Shown: in pieces, positions 7,093 through 15,872 of the stretch | How the letters are laid out: every line of letters starts with the position of its first letter | Numbering within the stretch: position 1 is the first letter of the stretch | DNA from: a virus | Taxonomy: Duplodnaviria; Caudoviricetes | Direction: 5' to 3' (one strand) | Length of the DNA stretch: 39,782 nt | IMG/VR virus record: IMGVR_UViG_3300048576_000022 | Location: 1 to 39,782 of that record | Made by a program: the position numbers and the translations under genes | Notes under the pieces: generated by a model | Seen by the model: only the letters and a program-made list of their open reading frames with translations | What the model was told of the DNA's origin: nothing | The model's database searches: none

Positions 7093-7338
7093 TCAAGGCA
7101 ACCGTTTCTTGATCGCCTCAAGTTCGGACCTGATCTCTGACAGCGCTAAATCGGTCGCGGTGAATTTACGAGATAGCCACCATGTAGCAGGAGCTACCAC
7201 ACCGATAACCGCGACGGCTGCGCCGATGGGTATATTCGTCTCTGAGTCAATGGCAGGTGCTGCTGCGGTAGCGGCTCCGCATGTTCCCGCTGTCAGAAAG
7301 ACAAATGCAAATCGCGATAAGAGTTTCTTCATCTTCAT
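7093..7338 (-). CDS. Small membrane protein, holin candidate
   Basis: Signal-like N-terminus, TM helix IPIGAAVAVIGVVAPATWWL, coiled-coil C-terminus. Confidence 0.6.
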   Translation of the reverse strand: MKMKKLLSRFAFVFLTAGTCGAATAAAPAIDSETNIPIGAAVAVIGVVAPATWWLSRKFTATDLALSEIRSELEAIKKRLP

Positions 7339-7342
7339 CGGT

Positions 7343-7657
7343 TTATTTCCTCACCCTAAACCCTGTCCTGCGGCCCAACCGGCATTCATTGCTCGGGTCA
7401 GACTCCACGCCATCCGCATCCACCGCAGTAGCGCGAAACACCCACTGGCCAGGCGCAACCTGCACCACAAACCCGCGATTCGTCCCACCGTCATTTGTCG
7501 CCAGTAGCTGCCAATCTCCACCCGGTCGAGCACCGTAGAGCCGGAACGCTGACATGCTGTCGCCCTCGTAATCATACGCGAGTGACACCGGCCTCTCCAC
7601 AGCGGCCAGCGCGGTCAGGCACAGCAGGAGGAGAATGGAGATGGTCATGTGCATCAA
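7343..7657 (-). CDS. Signal-peptide protein with fibronectin type III-like domain
   Basis: ISILLLLCLTALAA leader; VSLAYD..FRLYG...WVFRATAVDADGVESDPSNE. Confidence 0.7.
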   Translation of the reverse strand: MMHMTISILLLLCLTALAAVERPVSLAYDYEGDSMSAFRLYGARPGGDWQLLATNDGGTNRGFVVQVAPGQWVFRATAVDADGVESDPSNECRLGRRTGFRVRK

Positions 7658-8424
7658 TAAACCCCGTAGATTGAGTTAAGCTGAGCAATGACAGCAGCCT
7701 CGTTTTCTGTGGTCATGGTGCCGTTGTACCACAAAAATTTTGCCAGACCCATCGTCCCAAAATTCGCAAGGTTGTAACGCGCTCCTATTGTCAATCCTTT
7801 TTGCGCACTTGTTCCAACGTTGCCAGATGCAGCGATGACTCCATTCGTTTTCAACGTTGATGTCGCGCCAGAAAACCTCACAGAAACAATAAACCAATCT
7901 GACTCATTGACGGTACTCGTTGATTGCACCTCTAGATTACCTGCGTAGAAAGTCCATTTATCTAGCGATCCAATATATACCGCATTGCGGGCGCTATCTC
8001 CTCCACTGTCAAAAATGTAACAATTTTGTAGCGGTGGTTTTACTACCACAAATACAGTGCTGGGTTGGGTTATGGATGCGGTCGATGGGTTGCGGAGATA
8101 TGTTGATCCGCCAGCCCGGAATTGCAGCCACGGAGATCCCATGATCTCGGATGGATTATTTGTCCAGTATGGTCCAAACGCGCTGGTAAGATCGTATGCG
8201 CCAGAAGGTGACAAATCCTCAACAGAATTGATCTGCTGCCCGACTATAGCAGCGATCGCACTTGCGTCGTAATGCATCACCAGCGTTCCGTAAGATGACC
8301 AATTCACAGCGCCACTGGTAGGCGCCGGAGTAGGCCCCTGCATTGCCGGATCGAAAATGCTGAACGCCTGGCCCCACGCTGAGGCGCACGTCAACACCGT
8401 CAAGAATGTCAATATCGCCATCAT
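7654..8424 (-). CDS. Signal-peptide protein with LamG/concanavalin A-like domain
   Basis: MMAILTFLTVLTCASAWG leader; HYDAS..VEDLS, TVFVVVK, LTIGARY, E.AAVIAQLNSIYGVY pattern; ATGA overlap at 8421-8424. Confidence 0.75.
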   Translation of the reverse strand: MMAILTFLTVLTCASAWGQAFSIFDPAMQGPTPAPTSGAVNWSSYGTLVMHYDASAIAAIVGQQINSVEDLSPSGAYDLTSAFGPYWTNNPSEIMGSPWLQFRAGGSTYLRNPSTASITQPSTVFVVVKPPLQNCYIFDSGGDSARNAVYIGSLDKWTFYAGNLEVQSTSTVNESDWFIVSVRFSGATSTLKTNGVIAASGNVGTSAQKGLTIGARYNLANFGTMGLAKFLWYNGTMTTENEAAVIAQLNSIYGVY

Positions 8425-11261
8425 GGTAGTGCCCTCGAAATCGCGTTGGTGAAATTGAGCAAGCCGCCGATCGAGATCACGCGCACCCCTCCATTCGTGC
8501 AATACAGCGTCGTCCCATCCGGACACCTGGTCCCGTCAGGAAGCGCCACGGTGCAGTTGCTACCAGCCGTATTCTGCACCCACAGTTGGGCTGTTCGAAA
8601 CTCGCTCGCGTGCATGTTGCCGAAATTCCCCAGCGTCGTGTTGGTCGTGATTGACAACATGTAGATTGCATTCGCTGCCGGGTTGCTCAGATTGATCCCG
8701 CCCAAGATGGCGTTCGTCGTGGCTGGTGGCAACCTCGCAGCGTCAATCGTCCCCGTCAGGTTTGCGGCACTCACACTGCCAATAAACTCCGGAGCATGCA
8801 CGATCTGACCAACGTGCCATTCCTCTGTTGTCTCCCAAAAATCGATCCACCCGCCAGCGACCACCGATCCCGCGATTATCGGCTGCATTCGCACGATATC
8901 GTAGTCTGATGGGTCTCCGGGGTTCCAATTTGTCCATGTGAGGAATGAGTTAGCGGAATACGCTGACAGGTTGGTTAGATTTGCGCTCCCTACCTGCGGG
9001 ATAAAATCCAGCGTCGTATCCGCGATTTCCTGCCTGAGGTCCGCGATGATGTTGGTTGAGATCGAGGCCCAGTTGGTTCCGTTCGCGGTCGCAGGTTGCG
9101 GCGCAAATCCAAGCGCTGGCTCAGCCCCAACATCAGCAGCATCCAGCGTGACAGCGCCCGTGAGCCCGTTGACCGATGAGACCGCGCCTGTGCTGCCGCC
9201 TCCAATGTTATTCGTCAACCATGCGAGAGCAGCTGGAAGGCCAGTCACACCCGATATCGGGATCGCTGGGAGCCGCGCAATGTCAATCGTTCCGGTCAGG
9301 TTCGTTGCTTGCACGAGCGGGTATCGCGGCTTCATATATGGTCTCCACTGGATGATATCCAGGAAACGGCCAGGTGTGGCTGCATTGACGGTGTTTGTCA
9401 GCGGCAGAGCGGCCGTCTGATACTGATAGTGGTACCGTAGCTCACCCCCAAGTGCGCCGTTGTCGTCAAGCAGATAGCCGGGAGCCCACCAGCCTGCCAG
9501 CGAGTTCTCGATTGACAGCTCCGCGTCGATAATAGATGCGTAGTCACGAGATATCATCTGGTATTTGCAACCCTCGGCGTTGCAATTCACCATTTTCATG
9601 CTGTGCCCGCCGAAGGCCGGGTAGTATCCATACCAGCACCCATACGTTGTCACATTCTCGATGAGTGAGTGCTCCTGAAATTGGATGCCTGTGTAGAATC
9701 CACCAATGATCGTGTTGCGTGTTACCATCGATCCCCCGCCTGCATTCGAGGTGTGCGGCATCCAAATCCCGCGTGATGTTGTGTTGGTTGGCTGCGGACC
9801 CGCATACTCCTGCCAACCCGTATCCACGACCACATTTTCGATGTGCGATGTTACCGCACCAGTGAGATCCAGCGCTGTCAGTCCTGGATTCGGCACCACG
9901 CGAAAATGCAAATTGCGAATCTCCACCGTGACCGCATTGAACTTCACCGTGGAGTCTGTCGGGCTGGTATAGCTTGATGCTGTATAATTTGCGCAGTGCA
10001 TCATCCGTCCGTTTGTCGTGACGAGTGTCGACCACAGCACCGCAGCGCCTGGGACGATGCCCCACCGCTGAGACGGCACCACAGCAAATTGCCTGAGCGA
10101 AGGACTGATTGGGCCAGCCAGCTTGATTCGCGTCGAAGTCTGTCCAACCGGCGGCAGTTCGGGAAACCACAATTGCGCATTGTGATGCAGGCCGGCCCCG
10201 ACATCCCGCAGCGCACCAGCCACCATGTAGATACCCGCCGGAAAATAGAGAGTCCCGCCGCCATTTGTGCCTGTTGTATCCATACCCGCTTGGATCGGCA
10301 GCGTATCGTCTGTCCCGTAAACTGAAGTCCTGTCGAGCACTGCGCTGTAAGCCGCATCCGCTATTGTGATCGCAGTTGGACCGCTCACTGACTCAATAGT
10401 GGTTGTTAGGTTCAGACCATCGGCGCCAGCCTCAACGATTGAGATAGTTTTCCCAATATCGTTCGGCGTAAATGCCGCCGCATTAAATGTCACATACTTT
10501 GAGCCCGCTATAGTAGCTGTCTGATTCACGAGCACCCCGTCACCCTTCGCGCCAAACTGCTTTACATTCCACTCCCGCGCATCGCTGCGGAGAGTCGAGA
10601 TCACAGCGTTGCTGGCGGTGTATATCTCCGCTCGCCTGGCCGCGTCCAGTCCAGATGCAACCCCAGCCGCAGCCGTATAGGCCGCATTACTTGCGGTGTT
10701 GATCGAGGTGAGAAGCGCTGTATTGGTGTCGGATGCGATGGATACTGCAATGTTGGTTGCGGTGGTGGCGGTAACGCCGTTGGTTGGACTCGTTGCCTCC
10801 TGAGCGTCTATATATACTCGTCCGGCATTTGTTCGGTATGTCAAATTGTTACCAGCTCGAAGACCGTCCTTTGACCAGTAACGTGCATCGGCTTGCGTCT
10901 TGGTGTATCCTGTTGTTGAACCAGGAGTGGAGTTGCTTGAGACTCCGAAGTCCTCAGCACGAAATACACCGTTGGTTTCCGGAAACTCGTAGTAGCGGGT
11001 TGTCACTGTGAACGGGCCGCGCACCTGAAGAGCGTAAGCACCTTGCACCACATTCGACGCGTAGAATTTCCCATTAGTGTCGGTGATGTACTCCAGCCGG
11101 TCTGCTGTATTCAGCGCGTTGTCATTCGTGCTGGCGCCGCCCGGTAGTAGGTAGCAAGTCGCGTTCGTGATCGGAACCGAGGCGGACGTGCGAACCGTAA
11201 ACAGCGCGGTCCCGGCGTAGCAGTTGACCGATAAAAGCAGAGTTGCTAATAGGTATTTCAT
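8421..11261 (-). CDS. Tail spike/fibre-like protein with pectate-lyase-superfamily beta-helix (polysaccharide depolymerase); carries a signal peptide
   Basis: NVKQFGAKGDG, DDTLPIQAGMD, GGGTLYFPAGIY motifs; YTKTQADARY and VSSVNGLTGAVTLDAADVGA fibre motifs; MKYLLATLLLSVNCYAG leader. Confidence 0.8.
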   Translation of the reverse strand: MKYLLATLLLSVNCYAGTALFTVRTSASVPITNATCYLLPGGASTNDNALNTADRLEYITDTNGKFYASNVVQGAYALQVRGPFTVTTRYYEFPETNGVFRAEDFGVSSNSTPGSTTGYTKTQADARYWSKDGLRAGNNLTYRTNAGRVYIDAQEATSPTNGVTATTATNIAVSIASDTNTALLTSINTASNAAYTAAAGVASGLDAARRAEIYTASNAVISTLRSDAREWNVKQFGAKGDGVLVNQTATIAGSKYVTFNAAAFTPNDIGKTISIVEAGADGLNLTTTIESVSGPTAITIADAAYSAVLDRTSVYGTDDTLPIQAGMDTTGTNGGGTLYFPAGIYMVAGALRDVGAGLHHNAQLWFPELPPVGQTSTRIKLAGPISPSLRQFAVVPSQRWGIVPGAAVLWSTLVTTNGRMMHCANYTASSYTSPTDSTVKFNAVTVEIRNLHFRVVPNPGLTALDLTGAVTSHIENVVVDTGWQEYAGPQPTNTTSRGIWMPHTSNAGGGSMVTRNTIIGGFYTGIQFQEHSLIENVTTYGCWYGYYPAFGGHSMKMVNCNAEGCKYQMISRDYASIIDAELSIENSLAGWWAPGYLLDDNGALGGELRYHYQYQTAALPLTNTVNAATPGRFLDIIQWRPYMKPRYPLVQATNLTGTIDIARLPAIPISGVTGLPAALAWLTNNIGGGSTGAVSSVNGLTGAVTLDAADVGAEPALGFAPQPATANGTNWASISTNIIADLRQEIADTTLDFIPQVGSANLTNLSAYSANSFLTWTNWNPGDPSDYDIVRMQPIIAGSVVAGGWIDFWETTEEWHVGQIVHAPEFIGSVSAANLTGTIDAARLPPATTNAILGGINLSNPAANAIYMLSITTNTTLGNFGNMHASEFRTAQLWVQNTAGSNCTVALPDGTRCPDGTTLYCTNGGVRVISIGGLLNFTNAISRALP

Positions 11262-12565
11262 GGCTCCAAGAAAATCAAAACCCAGCGTGAGATAGACGCG
11301 TTGTAAATCAGCATCGCGGACCCGTCTACAGTGGTCGCGCGGTCTGCTCCTGTCATTGTCACTATTCGATTAGATGCGGTTGGGTCAACGCCGGAATCGT
11401 GCGCGATTGTCATGTTATTTCCGGTGCGGTTGACTAGGATTATAAGCTTTCCGTCGCGGTTTGGAGAAGCGTTGATGCCGTTAATCGTAAACGCTCCTGT
11501 GGGTCCAGACACATCAATAAATACGTTGGTCCCTACAGCCACGGCTGCGTTGTTTCCATTTGCTAGAGACGAGACAGCGTAGCGCGGAAAGGCTAAGTCA
11601 CCAGTGACATTGTTAGTCCCGGACAAAGTGATTGCATTAGCATTTGTGATGAACTGGCTTGGGATGTGTCCAGAGCCTAGTAACGTTGATGCATTCGCGT
11701 TTGTCGCGCCTGACACGTCTCCATTTAGTGCGGAATCGTAAAGCACTAGCGGACCTTGAATCTGGATTGACAGATCGTCTGGACTGCTAATCACAGCAGA
11801 TGTGTTTGATGTTCCAAGCCCGAAAGTGGAAGCAACCCGAATTGACTGGAACCAACCAGGCGGGTAAGTAAACACAACAGAAGGGTCATTTGTCCCGGAG
11901 TACGCGAACCCAACACCGTAGTCAGGTCCAAGCGGATTATCGTCAAACGCGAGCAACCCGCTAACTGATCCGGAGAAGTTGCCGACAAATTTGTTTGCCG
12001 CATTCGTGAGCTGCTTTATCCCGCTGACGGTCTGGTTGTTTGTCAACCCAACAAGCCGAGATACCGAAGGGGCGGCTTCGTTAATCGAGTTTGTTGACGA
12101 GTCAGATCCAACCGCCGCAACCAAAGCCGATACAACATTGGTCTGTTGCGGAGCAGCCTCTACTGTGTGCGGCAATCTGAGAGCGACAGCCGATACAACC
12201 TGATTTGTTGAAAGAGAGACCGAGCCGTAACCATCTGAAAGCGTCACGGAAAGCGGAACTCCAGGCGCAGTTTTTATGACGATTCCGTTTGTGCTACTCC
12301 GAGACAGAGACAGCCCGGTAAATGGGTTTGCGGCGAATTGCAGAAAAAGATTATCAACAGCCGACGCGATCACGCTATTCGTCGCAATCTGGGTTGCTGA
12401 ATCTGATACGCTCGCTTTCCATGTCCGCGTGATTCCGTTGACGGTAATCGTCGCATTGTTCGTTATGCTCGCCGTGTTCGTGACGGTGACAGTCGCGGTT
12501 ACAATTTCAGCAGCCGATGCCGAGAATGCCAGCAGGAAAAGAGCTATAAGAAGAAGTTTTTTCAT
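11258..12565 (-). CDS. Beta-rich tail-module protein with signal peptide
   Basis: MKKLLLIALFLLAFSASA-AE classic Sec leader; T/N/S-rich; coupled to both neighbours by ATGA overlaps. Confidence 0.75.
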   Translation of the reverse strand: MKKLLLIALFLLAFSASAAEIVTATVTVTNTASITNNATITVNGITRTWKASVSDSATQIATNSVIASAVDNLFLQFAANPFTGLSLSRSSTNGIVIKTAPGVPLSVTLSDGYGSVSLSTNQVVSAVALRLPHTVEAAPQQTNVVSALVAAVGSDSSTNSINEAAPSVSRLVGLTNNQTVSGIKQLTNAANKFVGNFSGSVSGLLAFDDNPLGPDYGVGFAYSGTNDPSVVFTYPPGWFQSIRVASTFGLGTSNTSAVISSPDDLSIQIQGPLVLYDSALNGDVSGATNANASTLLGSGHIPSQFITNANAITLSGTNNVTGDLAFPRYAVSSLANGNNAAVAVGTNVFIDVSGPTGAFTINGINASPNRDGKLIILVNRTGNNMTIAHDSGVDPTASNRIVTMTGADRATTVDGSAMLIYNASISRWVLIFLEP

Positions 12566-13182
12566 GGTGTGATCGGGTCAACGTGCAAAGCTCCATCAGC
12601 GCCGAGGTAGAGGTATGCTTTGACTGTCGAATCAGTTGGGCAGGCGATAACAAATCCAGTGTTTTCCTTGCGTAGATAAGTCGCGCTTGCTTCTTCCGCA
12701 GAAAGAGCAGTTAATCCTTCAGGAACCGATATTGATCCAGTCTCTATAACCTCAGCTTCTATTGTGACCTGCTGCTGAAAGACAGTCGTTGGAAATCCGC
12801 CCTGCGTCATCTCAATCTCAAACCAAGCAGAGCCGGAGCTTGCGGCGCCAATAAGCGTCTCGATCCCAGCAGTGTTAAGCGGAAGGTCAGCGTAAAAATA
12901 GTTGTTCGTCAGATCCTTCGCCCAGGTGAACTGCTGAGTCACGAGCGCGGTGCCGGAAGTCCCAGTCTTTTGCCCGATGCCGACGCGCAAGGAAATGTTG
13001 CTGATGTTGATGACGGAATAAGGGGCGCTTACAGGATAGGTGCTTGTGCGCTCAAGCAGGTAGACGCGAAGCGAAATTGTATCTCCCTGCACAAGCTTCG
13101 GCATCACACCGACGCTGGTTGAAATCGTTCCGGAAACGAGCGTCCCGGAATTAGTATCTACGTATAGAGAATACTGCGCCAT
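12562..13182 (-). CDS. Tail tip/baseplate adaptor (BppU N-terminal-like)
   Basis: LVQGDTISLRVYL and WFEIEMT strands; sits just upstream of the fibre genes. Confidence 0.55.
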   Translation of the reverse strand: MAQYSLYVDTNSGTLVSGTISTSVGVMPKLVQGDTISLRVYLLERTSTYPVSAPYSVINISNISLRVGIGQKTGTSGTALVTQQFTWAKDLTNNYFYADLPLNTAGIETLIGAASSGSAWFEIEMTQGGFPTTVFQQQVTIEAEVIETGSISVPEGLTALSAEEASATYLRKENTGFVIACPTDSTVKAYLYLGADGALHVDPITP

Positions 13183-13209
13183 AGTCTCTCCTTTTGGGAT
13201 GTGTCAACG

Positions 13210-14718
13210 TCACTCGATTAGCTGCAACATGTTCATTGTGTCGTTGTAATGAGCCGCCAGAACTGGGAACGTAATGTCACCTTGACCAAATCTTCCAAGC
13301 TCCCAGCTAACATAAGCAAAGACAGCAAGCCTTTCCGTGCATTGGTAGACGAGCGGCGACTGGTGAAATACCGGCCAGATTACATCCAGTGTTGCTCCAC
13401 CAGGACCAACGCTGCTAGCCCCGTCCGGGAACGGCTCATAGACGCCATTCCGAAAACATCCGAGCGAGAACGGAACTGCGCTGCTTGACTGTGACGCGAT
13501 CTTCGTTTTCGGGTCAACAACAGGAAGCTTTCTCACAACCGCTTTGCGTATATACCAGAATGGATTCTGGTATCCGTTGAACGGCAAAAGTGGGTCAGTG
13601 TCGCGCTGGCAGTTGTGACAGGCTATCCGGTAGGTGATGGCTGGTGTCGCGTTGAGGATCTTTGGATTAGTTGCTTTCGACTCCTCTTTAGCAGGGTTAA
13701 TGGTCCTGTACAAATCTGTGATCGGTCCATACCACGGGCCAGGCGGCGGCGGTGTGTTTGGGTTTATGTAAGCCTGAAGCTGGACCTCGCGGCTTCTGAT
13801 TGGTTGAGTTTTCGCGAACCACCTACCAACAGACCCAGTGACAGTCCACATGTCTGTGGTTAGTTTGTGATATGGCTTTAGTGATTGCTTTACAGAATCC
13901 CAAACATAGCAAAAGACACCAAACGGAAGAGGAACGTCTAGGTCGACTCCCGCCACTGGGGTTTTTGGGGCGTCCATTCTAACAATTTTTTCGTAATCAT
14001 TAATGCCGCCATGCGGTGTCTGTTGAGTCGACTCTACAGCTACCTCGATGCCGAATTTAAGCTGGTCTAACTGGAGAGAATAAATAGCATCTGTAATTGT
14101 GATTTCTATGTAGTAGAATCCTGGGGCTGATTTCGAGTCGCAATTAAACCTAAGCTCATACGTGTCCGGGAATCCACTCACGTAAACAATGCTGTGGTTT
14201 AGCCCTGGAATGTTAGTATATACAGAAATAGAAGGGGGCGAGGTTGTTGGAGGTTTATCATAATTTTCAACAGTCGCAACAGCTATTCCAGCGATGCCGT
14301 GATCTCCGGCCCTTACAATCACACCTTCATCTCCTCCAATCCAGAACTCCCACCGGGCCGACTTCTGGTTTGGGTTGTGGTAGTTAACACCGTTGTATCC
14401 TCCGCTTCCGTATGAGTTGTAAAGCCACGTAAATCCCGATGATTTTGACTTTATTATTCTTCCTTCCTCGCGCGGACCAATCCAAAAAACATCTGTATAG
14501 TCTCCAGCGAGGTTATTCGATCCTCCTAGAACTCCCCATGGGCCGCTAGTGATTAGCTTGTAATGATCTATTCCTGAAAGCTTCTCGTATGCATCCCTTC
14601 GGATGTCGTTCAGTTTCTTCAGCCATTTCCCGGAATAGGTTTTTTTCAGTTTTGTTTGAGCGTACGCAACGAGTGCGTTGACCTCATCTCCGCTGATTGG
14701 TTGGCCTTCGGTGACCAT
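13210..14718 (-). CDS. Tail tip protein, function unknown
   Basis: 502-aa ORF in the tail operon; Y/G/P-rich beta character. Confidence 0.65.
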   Translation of the reverse strand: MVTEGQPISGDEVNALVAYAQTKLKKTYSGKWLKKLNDIRRDAYEKLSGIDHYKLITSGPWGVLGGSNNLAGDYTDVFWIGPREEGRIIKSKSSGFTWLYNSYGSGGYNGVNYHNPNQKSARWEFWIGGDEGVIVRAGDHGIAGIAVATVENYDKPPTTSPPSISVYTNIPGLNHSIVYVSGFPDTYELRFNCDSKSAPGFYYIEITITDAIYSLQLDQLKFGIEVAVESTQQTPHGGINDYEKIVRMDAPKTPVAGVDLDVPLPFGVFCYVWDSVKQSLKPYHKLTTDMWTVTGSVGRWFAKTQPIRSREVQLQAYINPNTPPPPGPWYGPITDLYRTINPAKEESKATNPKILNATPAITYRIACHNCQRDTDPLLPFNGYQNPFWYIRKAVVRKLPVVDPKTKIASQSSSAVPFSLGCFRNGVYEPFPDGASSVGPGGATLDVIWPVFHQSPLVYQCTERLAVFAYVSWELGRFGQGDITFPVLAAHYNDTMNMLQLIE

Positions 14719-14721
14719 AGA

Positions 14722-15105
14722 TCAAAGCCACTCACCAACAGTTGAGCCGATAGACAATGAAACCCAATAGCCGCCAGCGTCAGGATTTCTCGGTGGGTTG
14801 CTCGCCGCGTTTGGTTTGCTCTTAACGCACACGAAAGTACCAGAATTAGGACCGCTTCTCACAACCACAACGTCCTGCTCAGCGTAATCACCTGGATATG
14901 TCGGGCTGTATTCACCGCGAAAACTCATGCCGCCTGACCTTGGAGTTGATTGCGCTTGAGCAGCCGGTATATACTGCACTCCTCGGCTACTGACCACCAT
15001 TGATTGGTTCGGCGCGTGGCATGGGCGCTGAGCCATCAAAGTGTCGTAAACCCACTGCATGAACTCAGCCTGTGCGCCGCTGCCTGTTGGTCTTCGCGGT
15101 GTCAT
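14722..15105 (-). CDS. Tail protein with short carbohydrate-binding-like motif
   Basis: FRGEYSP...YAEQDVVVV...TFVCVK...PP....YW; ATGA overlap at 15102-15105. Confidence 0.6.
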   Translation of the reverse strand: MTPRRPTGSGAQAEFMQWVYDTLMAQRPCHAPNQSMVVSSRGVQYIPAAQAQSTPRSGGMSFRGEYSPTYPGDYAEQDVVVVRSGPNSGTFVCVKSKPNAASNPPRNPDAGGYWVSLSIGSTVGEWL

Positions 15106-15872
15106 ACAGCCTCGTAGAGAGTTGATGACCACTGCTCCAGCCAATATTCGGTTTGAATGTCAATACGCCCTTTGGCGTTGCTGCGCTCAGTCGATGCGAG
15201 CTTGCGCCATCCCCAGGAGTAGCCATCAACGGCAGTCGGAGTGTAATTCGCTTTAATGCTCAACAGTTTTGCCTTGAGTCTCCCGGGTATTGGGTTGACC
15301 CACAGGGACGCGTCAGAAGCCTCTGCAATTAGCTGGTCGAATGTGTAGAGCTTTTCGACGTTCTTGTCTGAGACGTTGGTTTGATACCTGTCCGACACGT
15401 TAGTTGTGTGCTTCAGGACAAACTGCGAAACGGCGTAGTGCGTCGTCCCGCTCTTCATCAGCTTATAAAAACTCACTGCGTTCCCGGTGAGCGGCGGGGA
15501 GATAGTCGATAACTCCGCACTCTCTTTTATGTTCGCGTTGATTGAAGATTGAACAGAGTCAGATAACTGCCGAAATTTCCAGTGCTCGCGAATGTCCTTC
15601 TGCAACTCGTTAGCGGTTATCTCCCATGTGTCTGTTACCGTCTCATCTTGCCCATCATCAGCGGACGGCGCAGATGCAACGATTGTGCCGTTTAAGCCAG
15701 GCTCGAATGTGTATTTGTAACCAAGCTTTTCGAACGATGCAGCTATTGAATAAAGCCCGTTTGGGTCTGGGCATTGCCAAACGATTTGCCGCTCGATCCC
15801 GTTTTTTGGATCATAAGTTATCCGGTCCCGCTGGCGAACTGGTGCTCGTGTGCCTGTTATGATTGTGGACAT
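15102..15872 (-). CDS. Tail protein following the tape measure (distal tail-like position)
   Basis: TAATG coupling to the tape-measure stop; synteny. Confidence 0.65.
   Translation of the reverse strand: MSTIITGTRAPVRQRDRITYDPKNGIERQIVWQCPDPNGLYSIAASFEKLGYKYTFEPGLNGTIVASAPSADDGQDETVTDTWEITANELQKDIREHWKFRQLSDSVQSSINANIKESAELSTISPPLTGNAVSFYKLMKSGTTHYAVSQFVLKHTTNVSDRYQTNVSDKNVEKLYTFDQLIAEASDASLWVNPIPGRLKAKLLSIKANYTPTAVDGYSWGWRKLASTERSNAKGRIDIQTEYWLEQWSSTLYEAV

Noticed and set aside
8421-14718. Diversity-generating retroelement or invertible tail-fibre cassette
   Set aside because: No reverse transcriptase or invertase, and no template/variable repeat pair or flanking inverted repeats seen.
15156-15164. 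Additional TTGACA late motif and TTG start at 15144
   Set aside because: It lies inside the coding sequence of 15102-15872 and lacks the leading G; the ATGA-coupled start at 15105 is more plausible.
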